Shown: positions 26,985 to 40,300 of the stretch, in pieces
Layout: the number at the start of each line of letters is the position of its first letter
How positions within the stretch are numbered: the stretch's first letter is position 1
Assembly (NCBI RefSeq): GCF_036321535.1
Contig: NC_087436.1
Span: 60,266,001 to 60,330,000 of the forward strand
DNA from: Camelus dromedarius
Taxonomy: Eukaryota
Direction of reading: 5' to 3'
DNA length: 64,000 nucleotides
Translations under genes and position numbers: made by a program
Notes under the pieces: generated by a model
What the model was told of the DNA's origin: nothing
Database searches by the model: none
What the model saw: the letters and a program-made list of their open reading frames with translations, nothing else

Positions 26985-27680
26985 GTGGCATCACCATCCC
27001 GTCTACTGCACAGGCCAGAAACCAGGCAGGCGTCCCTGCTGGCCCCATCTCCTCTGCCCTGTGTTTCCCAATATCACAGACTGAATAGTTTTCTCTTCAA
27101 GAGCTCATGAGTTCAACAACTGTTCTTCTTAGCGCCATCATCAAGGATCCTCCAGGATCTTTGGCCTCATTTCTAGACCATGTCGGAGGCTCTAACCCGG
27201 GATCCCTGCATCTGCTCTGCCCCTTCCCTCTCTTTCCATGTCAAGAAAGGGTCTTGATGAAAATGCAAACATTGTTATACTTCCCTCCTGGTTAAAATAT
27301 TTCAGTGGCTCCTCATGGCTTTTCCGATAAAGTCAAAATTACTGCAAGGCTCTGACACAACCTACTTTTCCTGCCATGTTTTGCACTTAAATTGCTCTTG
27401 GCCTTCTTTTCTTTCTTCATATTTAACATGTTCTGTTCGACCACAGGACTTTGCACATACTCCTTGCTCTTTGTGAAACCTCAGCTGCTCCCTTCCTACA
27501 CACACACACACACACACACACATTACCCCCACCCTCTGTCTACTCCTTTAGGACCTCATCCATTCTACAGATTTGCAATTCAAGTATGACTTCTTCAGAT
27601 GTTTCTGATTTCTCCTATCAGGTACATAAAATACATTCTCACAGCACTCTGCACTGCCATCAGAAGCCCGTCTTCCTTCC
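26985..27680 (+). mobile_element. L2 LINE fragment containing a (CA)n microsatellite (~27498-27522)
   Basis: 'ggcatcaccatcc...caggccagaaacc' and 'cttccctcctggttaaaatatttcagtggctcctcat' are sense L2 motifs. Confidence 0.65.
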
Positions 27681-27689
27681 TCTCTTCTG

Positions 27690-27980
27690 TCAACAAACAT
27701 TTAATGAATAATTAAATTATAGGACAGGCAGCCAGGATTCCAGGCACTGGGGAACAACAGTCAATTAGTCAGATAAGACCCCTGCTCTCAGGACCTTCTA
27801 TTCTAGTGGGATACATGCAAAAAATAAACAAAAATGCAAGTCAACAAATAAGTACTAGGAGGCCCTTCTCCCAGGGTGGTAAGAAGGCTAGAGACTCCTG
27901 AGGGGAGGAGGCCACACCACCAGTGGAGATGGGAGGGGTTCCCTAGGAAGATAACTTTGCTGAGACCTGAATGGTAAATC
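27690..27980 (-). mobile_element. L2 LINE 3' fragment, opposite orientation, nested in the previous L2
   Basis: 'caacaaacatttaatgaat...aggcactggggaacaacag...agataagacccctgctctcaggaccttctattctagtggg'. Confidence 0.7.
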
Positions 27981-29934
27981 AATTACATTTTCCTGGTGGA
28001 TTACTAGATTAGTTTCTGCTTCTCCCACTCAGCTGCAGACTCCACGATAGCAACGATCATGGTGATTTTGTTCAGAAATTGTATGTCTTAGAAGATCCTC
28101 TAACAATACTTTGAATAAAGAAGTAAATATAAATATCACACGTTTTATCTCAAGCCTATCTGCATTTGAATCTCGTTCTTATTTTCGAATCAAATTATTA
28201 ACACTCCTAACCTTCAATGTCCTCATCTACAGATGAAGAAAATAACACCTATTTTTCAAATAAAGTCTTATACATACATACATACAATCAGCTTGTGGTT
28301 TCAATTAACATAAATCCAAGGGTGTGGGTCCTTCCTGATGTGTTTCTCCTCTCATGTCTGAATCAAGAATGTGATTACTAAAAATTTAATGTAAAGCCTC
28401 TGGCACTTAACTTTTCTCCTTTGTTAATTAAAACAGTGATACCTATGTCTCATGGTTGTTTTGAGAAATGAATGAGGCATTAACTTATGAAAGACCTTAG
28501 TTCAGTTTCTGGAGTGTTATAGCCTTTAAATTTTATTTAATTTGACTAGGAAAAGCTTTCAGAGTACACGAGAGAAAAGGCACTCTAGAAGTTCATAGAA
28601 TTAGTATCAGACAACAGTTTTTAAAAATGATTTTGCTATGAAGAGAAGGAATTGATTTAGATTGTTACAGTGTCTGTGTGTATGCATATATAAATATATA
28701 CGTAATGTGCATTTATGTGTACATATATATGCATACACACACACATATATATGTCTATGTACTTCCTGGGCAATATTATACTTAACTGTAAATAACATTT
28801 ACATAGATTATTGTTTTCAAAACACTTCTGTGAATATTCTCTTGTTCAATTCTCAGTAACAAACCTGTGAGGCAGGTATGGCAAGTTATAAGGAGGCTTC
28901 GTGCAGAAAGAGCTAACAGCGGGTAGCCAGGCTCTTAGGTTACATGACTTATCCTGTTACTAACAGCGAGCAGTGCCCTGATTTGTCAGCAGGTGTTGGT
29001 ACAGAGCGCTCCACCTCTCAGCTGCTGGGCAGGCAGAGGGAAGAGGAGGTAACGCCATTGCTACTTCCAGACTATGGCCCTGGCAACACGATCAGTTGAT
29101 GATGGAAGATAGATTATTTTACCCTCACATCCTCCTAGTTTTTTTTTTTTTTTTTAACAGTTCACTGCCTAAGCCTGCTTGGAACTCTACATTTATTTAA
29201 TCCTTCCAGCAGAGAACAATCACTGTGAGTTTCCCCACTGACATACTTTTATTTGCTGAAAGTTCATTCTTTGCAGGTTGAGCACATAAAAATTTAAAGA
29301 GACAGTGTTAAAACGAATATAAATCACCTCCCCCAGCCCATAAAAAATAAAGCACCCCACCTTGAGAATGGTTTAAAAGTATTTCCAGGAAATATGTTTT
29401 TGTCTAAACACTTCAAAAAATAAAATAAAATCAAGAAAAGAGCTAACCTTGTATTTTCACAGATCAAAATGTTCATTTAAGTAGTATCTGCAGAAAAACA
29501 GCTGAGTGTCCATGACCCAAATGGTGCCACATTCGTCATGTTCTCTTCAGATCTGAAAAAAGGAGTTGTGATATAACTAAAATTGGTTGACCTGATTTTG
29601 AGTTTCTGTAATAACGTCAATAAAGCTCAATTAATCTCTAGTTTCAAGCATTTGTGAATATTTCCATTTTATACTGGATGTTTATATTTCTGAAAAAAAC
29701 AGACAATGGAGAACAAGTTGTATTTGTAGATAGGAGGGATTGGACTAATGTGTTTTCCTACTTATTCTCTAATAATTTCAATGATTCCATGATCCCTGGT
29801 CATGTGATTAAAATTTACAAATGTTTTATGTTGATATCTCAATTTAGATAAAAAACAGAAATGATAAGAAATAATATTGTAATATTTTCTACAAGTTGGC
29901 ATCAGAGAGGAACTTTGGACAATTGATTTTTCCT

Positions 29935-30398
29935 TGGTCCAGGCTGAATTCTAAAATTCCATGATGAGAATACGCCAAAGGTGAAAGGAACTTGCAGATG
30001 TAAGTGAGGTCCCAAATGAGTTGATTCTGAGTTAATCAAAAGGAAAATTATCCTAGGTGGACATGACTTAGATGAAAGCCTTAAAGAACAGTCATCCTGA
30101 CACTCTTGAAAAAGCTGGCTGCCATGTTATAAAAGATGAGAGGGGTCCCCAACTGACAAGAGCAAGAAAATGAGGACCTCAGTCCTACAACTGCCAGTAA
30201 CTGAATTCTACCAACAGCCTCTTGAACTTGGAAGAGGACCCTGAGTTCCTAAAAAGAATGCAGCCCACTCACACCTTGCTTGTCACCTAAGGAGACCCAG
30301 CACAGAGGAGCCAGCTGGGCCGTGCCTGGACTCTGACCCACAGGAACTGTGAGATAATAAATATGTGTTGCTTTAATCTACTAAAAAAAAAAAAAAAA
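29935..30398 (+). mobile_element. MaLR LTR (MLT1E-like), ending in A16
   Basis: 'gtcccaaatgagttgattctgagttaatcaaaagg', 'acctcagtcctacaactgcc', 'aactgtgagataataaatatgtgttgcttt'. Confidence 0.85.
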
Positions 30399-30559
30399 GC
30401 TATCAATGAACTGTGACATCTCCGTTAGTTAGATCCACATTAAAATCCTGGATTTATTTACCAAGTATTTATTTAGTGGCCACTGTGTCTCAGGTAGTGT
30501 GCTGGGATCAGACACTGTGACAGATACTGAAGACTACATTTCTGAGTGTAAGTGACACT

Positions 30560-31180
30560 AAGAAAAACAATGAGCATCTCCCTGGAATTTCCTGGGTGAT
30601 GGGAGAATCCTTTGTTCTAAGGAGGTGATGCTTGGTGAGCCCCCGGACGAAGGCCGGTCTCCAGAAAGATGAAGCCATGATTGGAGGTTTGGAAATTTCA
30701 GCCTCAGCCCTACCCCATCCTTGGGGGAGGGAAGAGGGACCTAGAAATTGACTTAACAATCCATCATGATAAAGTCTCCATATCCCTAAATGACAGGGCT
30801 TACAGGCTGGTGAGCACATCCATGTACCAGAAGGATTTTGCATTCCAATTCCATGGAGACAAAACTCCTGCAGTTAGCATCATTCATCTGGCTATTTATC
30901 TGTATTCATTATAGCATCCTTTATAAGAAACCAGTAAACCTAAGCAAAATCCGAAGTGTGACTAATCTAGGGACCTACTACTTGGCAATTGTTGTCTGAA
31001 ATGGGGGCAATTTTGTGGGACTGAGCCCTTAATATCAAGCATCTGTGCTAATTCCAGGTGGTGTCAGAAAGAATTAAATTGTGGAACACCCAGTTGGTAT
31101 CCATAAAGAACTGGAGAACTGTTTGATGTGGCAAATTCACACATTTGGTGTTAGAAGTGCTGTGAGTGGACAGTTTCCCT
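30560..31180 (+). mobile_element. MER21-type LTR
   Basis: 'gaagccatgattggaggtttggaaatttcagcc', 'ttgtgggactgagcccttaa', 'cacacatttggtgttagaagtgctgtgagt'. Confidence 0.8.
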
Positions 31181-32809
31181 TTAATTAGCGTCTGTCTTTT
31201 CTTGACTCTTCCATCCCTACTTCATGCCCCGCACATCTGAGTCTCTGCCCCGGCATGATCAACGCCTACCCTGGGGCTCTTTCACTTTGTTTCAATTATA
31301 TACACAGGGAATATTTTTATTAGGGGCAGAGCTTGTGTCCTGGATCACGACACAGACTTTTTACCACCCTCTTATATTATTTTACCAAATTTTTAAAGGT
31401 TTACATGTTACAAATTGCTCACGTGAACCTAGGATACTTATTTTTATCTGAATAAAATTTACTTTCCTAACTTAAAGACTCATTTCTTGCACGAATGGCC
31501 CCAGATTTCCCTGTGAAATCCAATCTGTTTCCTTTGACAGAAAGTCTTACTGGCCAAATCCCTCTGAAGCCAACTTTCTGGTCCTGGGGCCGCCTTGTTA
31601 AACCTGTCCTGTTGCCTCTTGGGCTGCCTCATTGTTGAAGTCTATTAGTATGAGTCATTCATTCCTCAGTCCTTTGTCCCTTGTCATTAAAAATTGCTTT
31701 CAGCATCTCTAGGAAATGAGAACCAGATGTATTGTAGTTACATTAGACATTTCTTGTTCTGCAACTAATTTTGAAACAAATTTGGGGTATTTGATTCTGG
31801 TCATTTCTGTTATAAGATAGAGTTTTTGAGATATTAACTTAAGTTTTGTGGGGGGGGGGTTCTCCCTATATTTCTTCTTTCTTCCTTTTACCCTAACCTA
31901 CCCAAAACACGAAAATCCCTGCACTTCCTTGCCTTTGAGGGCATTTGAAGCAAGCTAGGAGAAAAGAGAGAGAGAGAGAAAGAGAAACATTTACTTCCCC
32001 CTTTAGCTATTTCTCCCTCAAAGCTTAAGGCCATGCTGGAATTCCTGCATGTGGTATTACAAAGTGAAAAGGCTTTGTCTATACCAGGAAGAGATTTTTC
32101 CAGGGCTGAAGTAAGGAGAGCTGAGAAGGCCAAGACTGTGGGTCTTGGGAGCAGAGGGGGTGCCTCTCAGTGTTACCAGGAGGTTGGCAGGTTCTCAGTG
32201 AGAAAGGTGAGCAAAGGCCTGTGCTCCGAGAGCAGCAGAGGCACAACGTACAAATCCCCCTGCACTGGGTCTTCACAAGCTCTTTCACCTGTGTTGAAGG
32301 TCCTTCCTTCTATTCAGCTGTCCACATCCCACTGCTCTATAAGCCCATTCTGATCCTCTAAGCCCTTCTCTTAACCTCCTGCCCTTGTGTGTGATCCCTC
32401 CATTGAACACTCCCCGATTTTATTGGTGTCACTCATTCAGCACTTAATCCTACTGCTTTCAGCCTGACATCTGATGCTTTGTATTCTTCAACTCTTCATC
32501 CGTTCATTTATTAATCTGAATTAAATTGCAGATTCTTAGAGTTAAGGACAAGGCTTTAGGTCTGACTTTGTTACAGTGGTACCCACCAACAGTTTATGGA
32601 AATGATGCATAATGGAAGAATATCAAAAATGTTCTAAGAAGAGAAATCACACTATTCTAGCTCTAAAATCAGTTTTGAAACACCTATAAAATAGAATTTT
32701 ATGGTCAAATTATGATCATATTAGGGTTTCATACATAACAACACAATACGGCAGAATCTCATCTGGAGGCACAGGGTAGAAGACAGGAGAATAAAAGCAT
32801 TGTTCCTCA

Positions 32810-33260
32810 TACACGGCAGACACCTAGCATTATGCATTTCTCAAAATTCACAGGATTGTACAACACAAAGAGTGAACCCTAATGTAAACTATGGACTTTA
32901 ATTAAGAATACTATAGTGATGTTGTTGTAACAAATATATCACACTAATACCAGATATTAATAATGGGGAAACTGTGTGTGTGTGTGCGTGTGTGTGTGTT
33001 TGCATTGTGTGTGTGCGTGTTTGCCTAAGTAAGTGGGTGTATGGAAACTGTATTTTTGTGTGTTAGGGGGAAGGTTGGGGGGAGGTAATTAGGTTCATTT
33101 TTTTTTCAGTGGAGGTACTGGGGATTGAACCCAGGACCTCGTGCGTGCTAAGCACACACTCTACTATTGAGCTATATACCCTCCTATCTCTCTGTACTTT
33201 CTGCTCAATTTTTCTGTAAACTTAAAAATGCTTTACAAAATAAGTCTATTAAAATAGAAA
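32810..33260 (+). mobile_element. L1MC-type 3' end (interrupted by a SINE; contains a (TG)n tract)
   Basis: 'gtacaacacaaagagtgaaccctaatgtaaactatggacttt' and 'ctctgtactttctgctcaatttttctgtaaacttaaaa'. Confidence 0.85.
33052..33184 (-). mobile_element. tRNA-derived SINE, camelid Vic-1-like
   Basis: Reverse complement 'ggagggtatatagctcaatagtagagtgtgtgcttagcacgcacgaggtcctgggttcaatccccagtacctcca...aacctaattacctcccccc'. Same family as 11139-11312. Confidence 0.9.
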
Positions 33261-36200
33261 ACACATTACAGAAATCACCCTTCTCTAGAGGAATGCTATT
33301 CCAAAAATATACAAAATCCAACCACGTAATTTTTTAAAGGCAGCAAAATTTGAATATTGCACCTTGATTTTTTCCAATTTTTGATGGCCCTTTTTCTCTG
33401 TATACTGAAATGGATCTTTTATTACAACAAGACAGCAGCAGTTGTTCACTCGCGGCTGGCCAGATGCGTACTACAGCAGGATCATCATATCTTATATCTA
33501 CTTAAAAATCATGCCTATTACCTGCTAATTGCCATGTATTGATTTACTTAAGCATCCATGGCTGCTGTATGAGAAAGATAACACTTGGCTCTGGGGGGTC
33601 TGGAAATTCTTTACACTGTCAGTGACCTTGACGGAAAAGGGTAATTAATCTGAACCTCCGGGTGGAATTAAGAGACTTAAACCTTTCATTCTTTATGAAA
33701 AGCTTCATCTTTAGTGATGTGAGCTCACAGTTCTATTTACTGAGAAAACATCTTATATTAACTTATCTCCTTCTCTTTTGTGATCAGCTACCAGATTGCA
33801 GGTTTTCTATATCCAAGGAAGAGAAGGGGAGACAAAAAAAAAAGACTTGGTTACATAGCAAAGAATTGAATTTTCTCTAGGGCTGTGCCCACTCATCCAC
33901 TGAGTAGCCCCATGGCAATGAACAGGCCACTTTATTTTCCTGCTTCACTTTTTCATCTGCACAATGAAATTATACAAGTTAGTACTTTTATGAGAGGAAA
34001 ATGAAACAATAAATCTAAATTTTTAAAACTATGTTATAAATCCAGGGTTTTTTTTCTCTTTTTGGGGGGCACAGGGGGGTTTGTTTTTTGCAGGCACAGA
34101 GCCACCTGAGAGTTAAAAATATATCTAGGTTCTAGATATGCTGCCTCATTTTTTTGGTCTTCATTTGTCTTTTGGCTTCTTGTAAGTGAAAACATGCAGG
34201 AGATGTCAGACACTGTGACATAAACGTGAAAAAAACTTCACAGTGATGACAAATCAAATAGCATACATAAACTTTAAAAAAGGTAGAAATGTTTTGAGAT
34301 ACAAGTGTCCTTTAAGGTGTTCTAGTTATTGTTTGTTGATGCTAAATAGGAAAATGCAACAACCATTTTTCTTCTGATAGGTATTTGTATATGCTGTTGG
34401 TCTGAATGATACTTGTAATTTGCCAAATGACATTTGTTTTTCAATACAGAATTACTGATTACAATTGCTTCCAGCCAGGCAAAGAAAGTATAGGGGGCGT
34501 TGAGATGTGGTACCCAGCAGGAAACGTCTTGACTTTCAGATTTTCTCAGGCAATCTGTTTTAGTCAAACACAAGCGCATTTCTAGTCATTTTCTTTTCTG
34601 ATCGGCAAACCACCAAGCTTATTGAGGATTCCAGAGCTTTAAGATTTCTGAAACAAGCCATCTTCCTCCCTATTGAGTATTTTACTTTGTAGCACTGACA
34701 CTTCTGTCTGTTTATCAAATGCCACTTCCAGAACTGCTCTATCTCTTCCTCTTTTTATTTTATTTCCCTCAGAGCTTCCATAAGGGTGCATTTTTGCATG
34801 TACATATGTGCCTGTATTATTTTTCTCTTCAGTAAAAGTAAATAGCTACCAATGGATAATGGGACTAATTTACTGTGGAATAGACTAACATCTTCTGCAC
34901 CTGTAGAAAACACACTGAAATTTATATTGAATTGCCTGACTGCATGTTGAGCAACAGATAGAGAACAGGGTTCTAGGGAACGGGAAAGGAAGCAAAGGGC
35001 TACCACCAGTCCCAGTTTTTAAATTAAGCACTTTGCTAGCAGGGTAGAACTAAGGGTCCCTTGGAATGTGGCATACATGAGCTAATGACTGCAGAACATC
35101 AGCGAGCCATGCCTTTTCCATCTGTGGTTCTTAGGAGTGAGAGGAGTGATGGAGGAAGGAAGGGGTGGAGGCCCGGCAGGGGGAGGCAACCACATAACAA
35201 GAGGGAAGGTACAATACATGAAGCAGCCCTCAAAGGAGACCTCTGCTGTCAGTCCCTTAGGTTTCAGTCTGCATAGGCTTTCACAGCTTCCTCTTCAGAG
35301 ACTGCCAGTGTAATAAAGAGAGTAAATGCCAGTGTGGACAAGCACATGTGGTAGAAGCAGAATCCTGCTTCTCCCCAATACCTGGAGTTTTGATATAATT
35401 CAAAGACAGTGATTATCAAATTAATTTTCTATACTATACCATGTTAAAGGAGTATAATCATTAATTTTAACAGAATTCTGAAACGAGTTTGAAAACCACA
35501 AATTCACTGAATCTTTTTTTTTTTTTTTGGTTCTGCATTACACTATACAAGCATCTTAGTTAGAAATATATGTATAAACAAAACTTTTGCAAAATTCTTT
35601 CTTAGTCAATACCTACCTCAGGTGGGTGCAATTAGAGGATAAGAGAAAATCCCTTAGAACAAATGAATAGATGATTTAAGCCAGTGTGAAGTACCCAAAA
35701 TGTGTTAGCAGGCAACTTCTCCTAAATTTTTTTTGGTATCCATAATATAGTTATCAAGATATGTATAAAGTGTGAAAGTCTTAAAAAATGTGAAAGATAA
35801 AATGAAAAGAGGATAACATGGTCATAAATGTTTGCTTGTTCAGTAAGTTTCCAGAAACTGGACTTTACCTTGGTTGATTCACCATGGTCAGGGTCTGAGC
35901 TGCATAACAAGAGAGAACTTCTCATCTTCTCTCATTTGCAGAAACAGACATATTAACCAGCACACAAAGGATGACACATAAACCAGAACATCAATACATT
36001 CATTACTTTACAACCATTGATTTGACCAGAACACTTGAGTTGGCCAACTGCAGTAGTAAGCTTCGCATCAAAACAAGAGAAGTAATTTATCTTAAGTGAC
36101 AGTTAGCTAAGGCAGCCTGAGTTGTTTCACCTACCAGAGGGATACTCTTGCAAAGGACACCTTCATACTTGAGTCTGCTTAGCAAAGATTCATTCCATCC

Positions 36201-36420
36201 AGAGCAGGGAGTGGAATGGATGCCCAGCCAGTGTTTACTCTGAGAGGTTCCTTCTCTCATGCGCCCAAAGCTCAGCACCTTTCTGCTCCCACAGTCTTCT
36301 TCCAAACAGGTTCAACCAGGTCCATCTCTGTGTGGTAGATTATACATACAAGCAGCATTGTCTCGGGGGGGATTCTCAGATCTCCTGTGTTCTTAACATT
36401 AACTCACAATCAATGGGCAG

Positions 36421-36795
36421 TGCTTTGCAGGCGCCTGAGGTGCTGGAGGCCTTTCAGGTTCACGGGTTCATGGATTCCAGCTGACCGAAGAACACTCGAG
36501 GAGCCAAGGAGCCGTCGGTATCTCTGACGTGCCTTTATCGCCGAGCAGAACACACAGGCTTCAATGGCGGTGGCGGCAGCGGCGGTGGCGGCAGCATGTC
36601 CTGGCCGCTTTATTCAGCAAAGCAAACAAAGCCGCCATCTAGCCAACTACGTGAACCCCGAGGCTCACCCAGTGCGCTTGCGCAGCGCCCGTCATTACCA
36701 ACAATACAGTGGTACTGCGCATGCGGGATAATATTGCGGCGCCACTAGCACCAGACGTCCAGCGAGGGAGCCTGTCGGACTCCATTTTCCCTACA
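36421..36795 (-). mobile_element. Young CpG-rich solo LTR
   Basis: Minus strand starts TGTAGGGAAAATGGAGTC and ends ...GCAAAGCA. Flanks GGCAG / GGCAA (near-TSD). AATAAA (36609-36614) and GATAAA (~36534-36539) on minus. CpG density far above the flanks. Confidence 0.8.
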
Positions 36796-37069
36796 GGCAA
36801 TATTTTGATTTTCTAGCGCAGGTGGCTAATCATAACCATTCTAGTCGGATTTGATGAATTGAACTCTCCTGAGGGCAATCTTATTTATAAATATTGGGAG
36901 TGTCTCGCCATAACCCTATTATCCTATTTGCAGTGTGAGTTGGCTGGAAGTTTGGGTTTTTTTTTGTTTGTTTTGTTTTGTTTTTTAATTTGCAGATGCC
37001 AACATAAATGAAGGAATAAATATAAACACATGTATGATGTTAAAAGTTACACTTAACTCCTAGAAGTCA

Positions 37070-37300
37070 GGTTAGTACTGGGGGAGAAGCATGGGCTTTG
37101 GCATCTGATAGAAATTTTTATTATACCTCCAATACTTATCAATTCTTTGACCTTTATCAGGCTATTTAAACTCTCCATTTCTTCGTTTCTAAAATTGGCA
37201 GTAGTGGTAATAATAGTGGCCTTATGGAATTGTTACTAGGATTAAATGAAGCTAATGTTTCCTGGAAAAAGTAAGTGATGGGTAGATAATAGTTCTTGCT
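37070..37300 (+). mobile_element. MIR SINE fragment
   Basis: 'gagaagcatgggctttggcatctgatag...tgacctttatcaggctatttaaactctc...gttactaggattaaatgaag'. Confidence 0.7.
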
Positions 37301-40300
37301 AATTATGAATAAACTGGTTATAATGCAAACTGATCAATGATCTAAACATAAACAAAAAGTTTGCTTTTTTAAACTAAAAAAAGTATTTTTATGGCTCTAG
37401 TCATAAATCTGGTGCTTTATTTTCAATCGTTGTTCTCAACTTTTTTTTTTATTGCAAGATGTATCTTAAAGATGTGATAATATAATAAAGAGACAAGGAT
37501 CCAAATGATTTCATTCTTTCTCATAAGAAGAAGGGTTTATTCCGAAGTAACAAGTGTTCTAGAAGATTATAACTGTCTCATAGTCTCTAAACTTTTAGAT
37601 CCAGATTATAGCTTTATTTTTTAACTATCTTCACTGTTGGGATTACTGCAAGGGGAAAACAGCAGAGTACACATCACCAACTTTACTCCCAATTCTGTGC
37701 AGAGAACATTTCTTGTTCTCCTACCAACACACAAGAATAATCACCTACTTAGCATTTCCTTCCCAGGCAACATGGCTCCTGAACTCAGGTCTGCTAGGTA
37801 GAAGAATTCTGTGAGTCTACCTTAAGACGGAACAAATTGGTAAAAGATAGACAAAGAGAACTTTGTGTTCTTCTTCTCCTAATTGTAGATTCTGAAATAC
37901 TTCCCAGGTGGAAGGTTTACGTCTATAGCAGGATGAATTCAAGTGGTATCATATAATATTCTTCACTGCCCCTTACTCCATCAGTCATCAAAACTCCAGA
38001 AGATATTAAATTGCTAGGAAACTGGGTTTCAGAGACCTAAAGTTTCCATGATTTGTTTCAGGAAAATGGCATTGAAATCATATTAACAAAGCTAGGTTCA
38101 AATACTAAATAAATAAATAAATGAAGAACAGGCAATTTTTAGACCCATTTCTTTCATTTACCTGGAATATAACACACATTTAATGTCATTTTCTTAAAGA
38201 TACCTACTATTAACCCTGCAGATTGTTTTACCCCTGTTTACACAGGCTCATTAACTCCCTGTCATTTTTCTTCCATGGCATACATTGTAATATTCATAAT
38301 GATTTGGTTAGCACCTTAGTTCTATGTACACTTTCTGTTAAAATTTAAGTTCTTCGATTGAATTAAAAAAAGAAAATGTAGATAAGATACCAGTATTTTT
38401 CCAAGAATAGAGAGAAGAGCTGATCAATCTAGTTGATCCCCAGTCCATCTTGGATCCAGGGCAGTTGTGGAGATCACACCAGGAGAGCTTGTCTGTCTTC
38501 TTGTAGGCACTAGTATGAAGTTACTTAGCTTCAAATACCATCTAAAAATCCTCAGAAAGTAAATCATTGGTCTATTGCCTCTTCTACCCCTCATTAGACC
38601 AATGATAATGGCTGACTAGAATGTAAATAATAATAATTGGCTTATCCTAGGGTAAACACATGTTGGTAAAGAACAGAGAGAAGGTACTGGCAGACCAGGG
38701 CAGTTGCTACTCTCACTATGAGGTCCGTAAAAGTAGGAATTGTGTGTCTATGTGTGTATGTCCACCAGCAGAGCTGTCATGTAAGGCATGTTCAATAAAT
38801 GTTTGTGTAATGAACTAAAAAAACAGATATGGAGGTACCATAGATGTCATTATTCATAAGCAAATTAGAGACCCCTCTGCATAGTCTTCCTCCCCAAAAC
38901 AGCTTCTTCCTGGATGCCTGAGTCTACTATTAACAAGATATTCATTATGTTATGCATTGCCTCCCTCCATTTGCTCCTTAAAATTTGCATTCACCTTTAG
39001 ATATATTTTAACCAATCCTCTGACATCTGTTGTAAATGTATTCATCAGAATGTTTTCTCTAGAACTGGATATTCGAGGCACCAGAATCTCAGAAAAGAAT
39101 GAGAGAATGCTAAAAATTGGGGCTAGAGAGAGTAGAAAAAACAAAGGAACAACAGCAACAAAACGGCATAGAATTCTCACCAAAAGCTAGCTGGTATAAA
39201 TATTGTGTATTTCTGGTTTTGTACACTCACAGTTAAAGATAAATTCTTAAATAATCAATAATTTTCTTTTAGACCTGAAACACTATTCTGGACTTAATGA
39301 TATTCCAATTACTTTTCCCTGACATAATTAATATTGACACATTAGGGAACATATATTTTCAAAACTTATGGTCCAGTTTTGGTTGTTGGTGAATTTCAGC
39401 AGCTATGCCTTCCACCGTGCCTTGTCAAGGCCATGGCCTTCTTCTCTTTGGCAGTAATGTCTCAGGTGGGGTCTCATCCCAAATCAGACTCCTGATACAT
39501 GGCTCTAAAGACCCTTGCTATGAAGTTCATTAGTGTTTAATATAACATAAGCTCTGTGAGAGCACAGAATTTCCTCTTGTATACAGTCTGTGTAAAGTGG
39601 TGCCTTATAAATAATTATTGCTCAATAAATACTTGTTGAATGTTTGATTAAGTTAGCAAATGAATACATTTACACTGAGAGCATTTCTTAGCATCATCTC
39701 CCATAGTTTAAGGTGTTGATCTAGGCTTATCACAGACAGTGAATGAGTGATGGGAATGCTAATGAAGGGTCTGGAAACCTCCAATTAATAGTTATTTCCC
39801 CCTCAGTCCAGGTGATAGTCTGCCGTTTGAATCACATGAAAGGCTTTAGAAACTTAGGTACCTTTACTGTTCAGAGTGGGGTTACATCAGGTAGCTCTAG
39901 ACACCGCTATAGCACTCAACTCATAGTTCATAGAACTTCATAGTTCATGAAACTAAAAAAGAATTTAGTTCTAACATTACGGACAAGGAACTGTGGCACT
40001 AGATTTCCCCAGTGTCCCGGTTACAGTGTAAAAGGCAGAGAAGAACTGAAACCTAGATCTGCATATTGCTTTTCCAGAGCTCTTTGCATCCCTCATTGAC
40101 GAGATGCCATCTCATCTAGATGGATAGAGTATACATAAATTTCATTTTCCGGATGAATGTTCTTGTTCACTGATACAGAAAATTGAACGATTGCTTTTTA
40201 TTAAGAGAAAGTTTATGGTAGCTTTGCCAGTGATGACCACAGTAAGTTTTGGATGCCAGTGGCTTTTTTTTTATTGCTTCTAATAACTGTCAACCAAGAA

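Noticed and set aside
31888..32361. Cluster of overlapping 60-106 aa ORFs
   Set aside because: Locally higher GC, but no recognisable domain or convincing exon structure.
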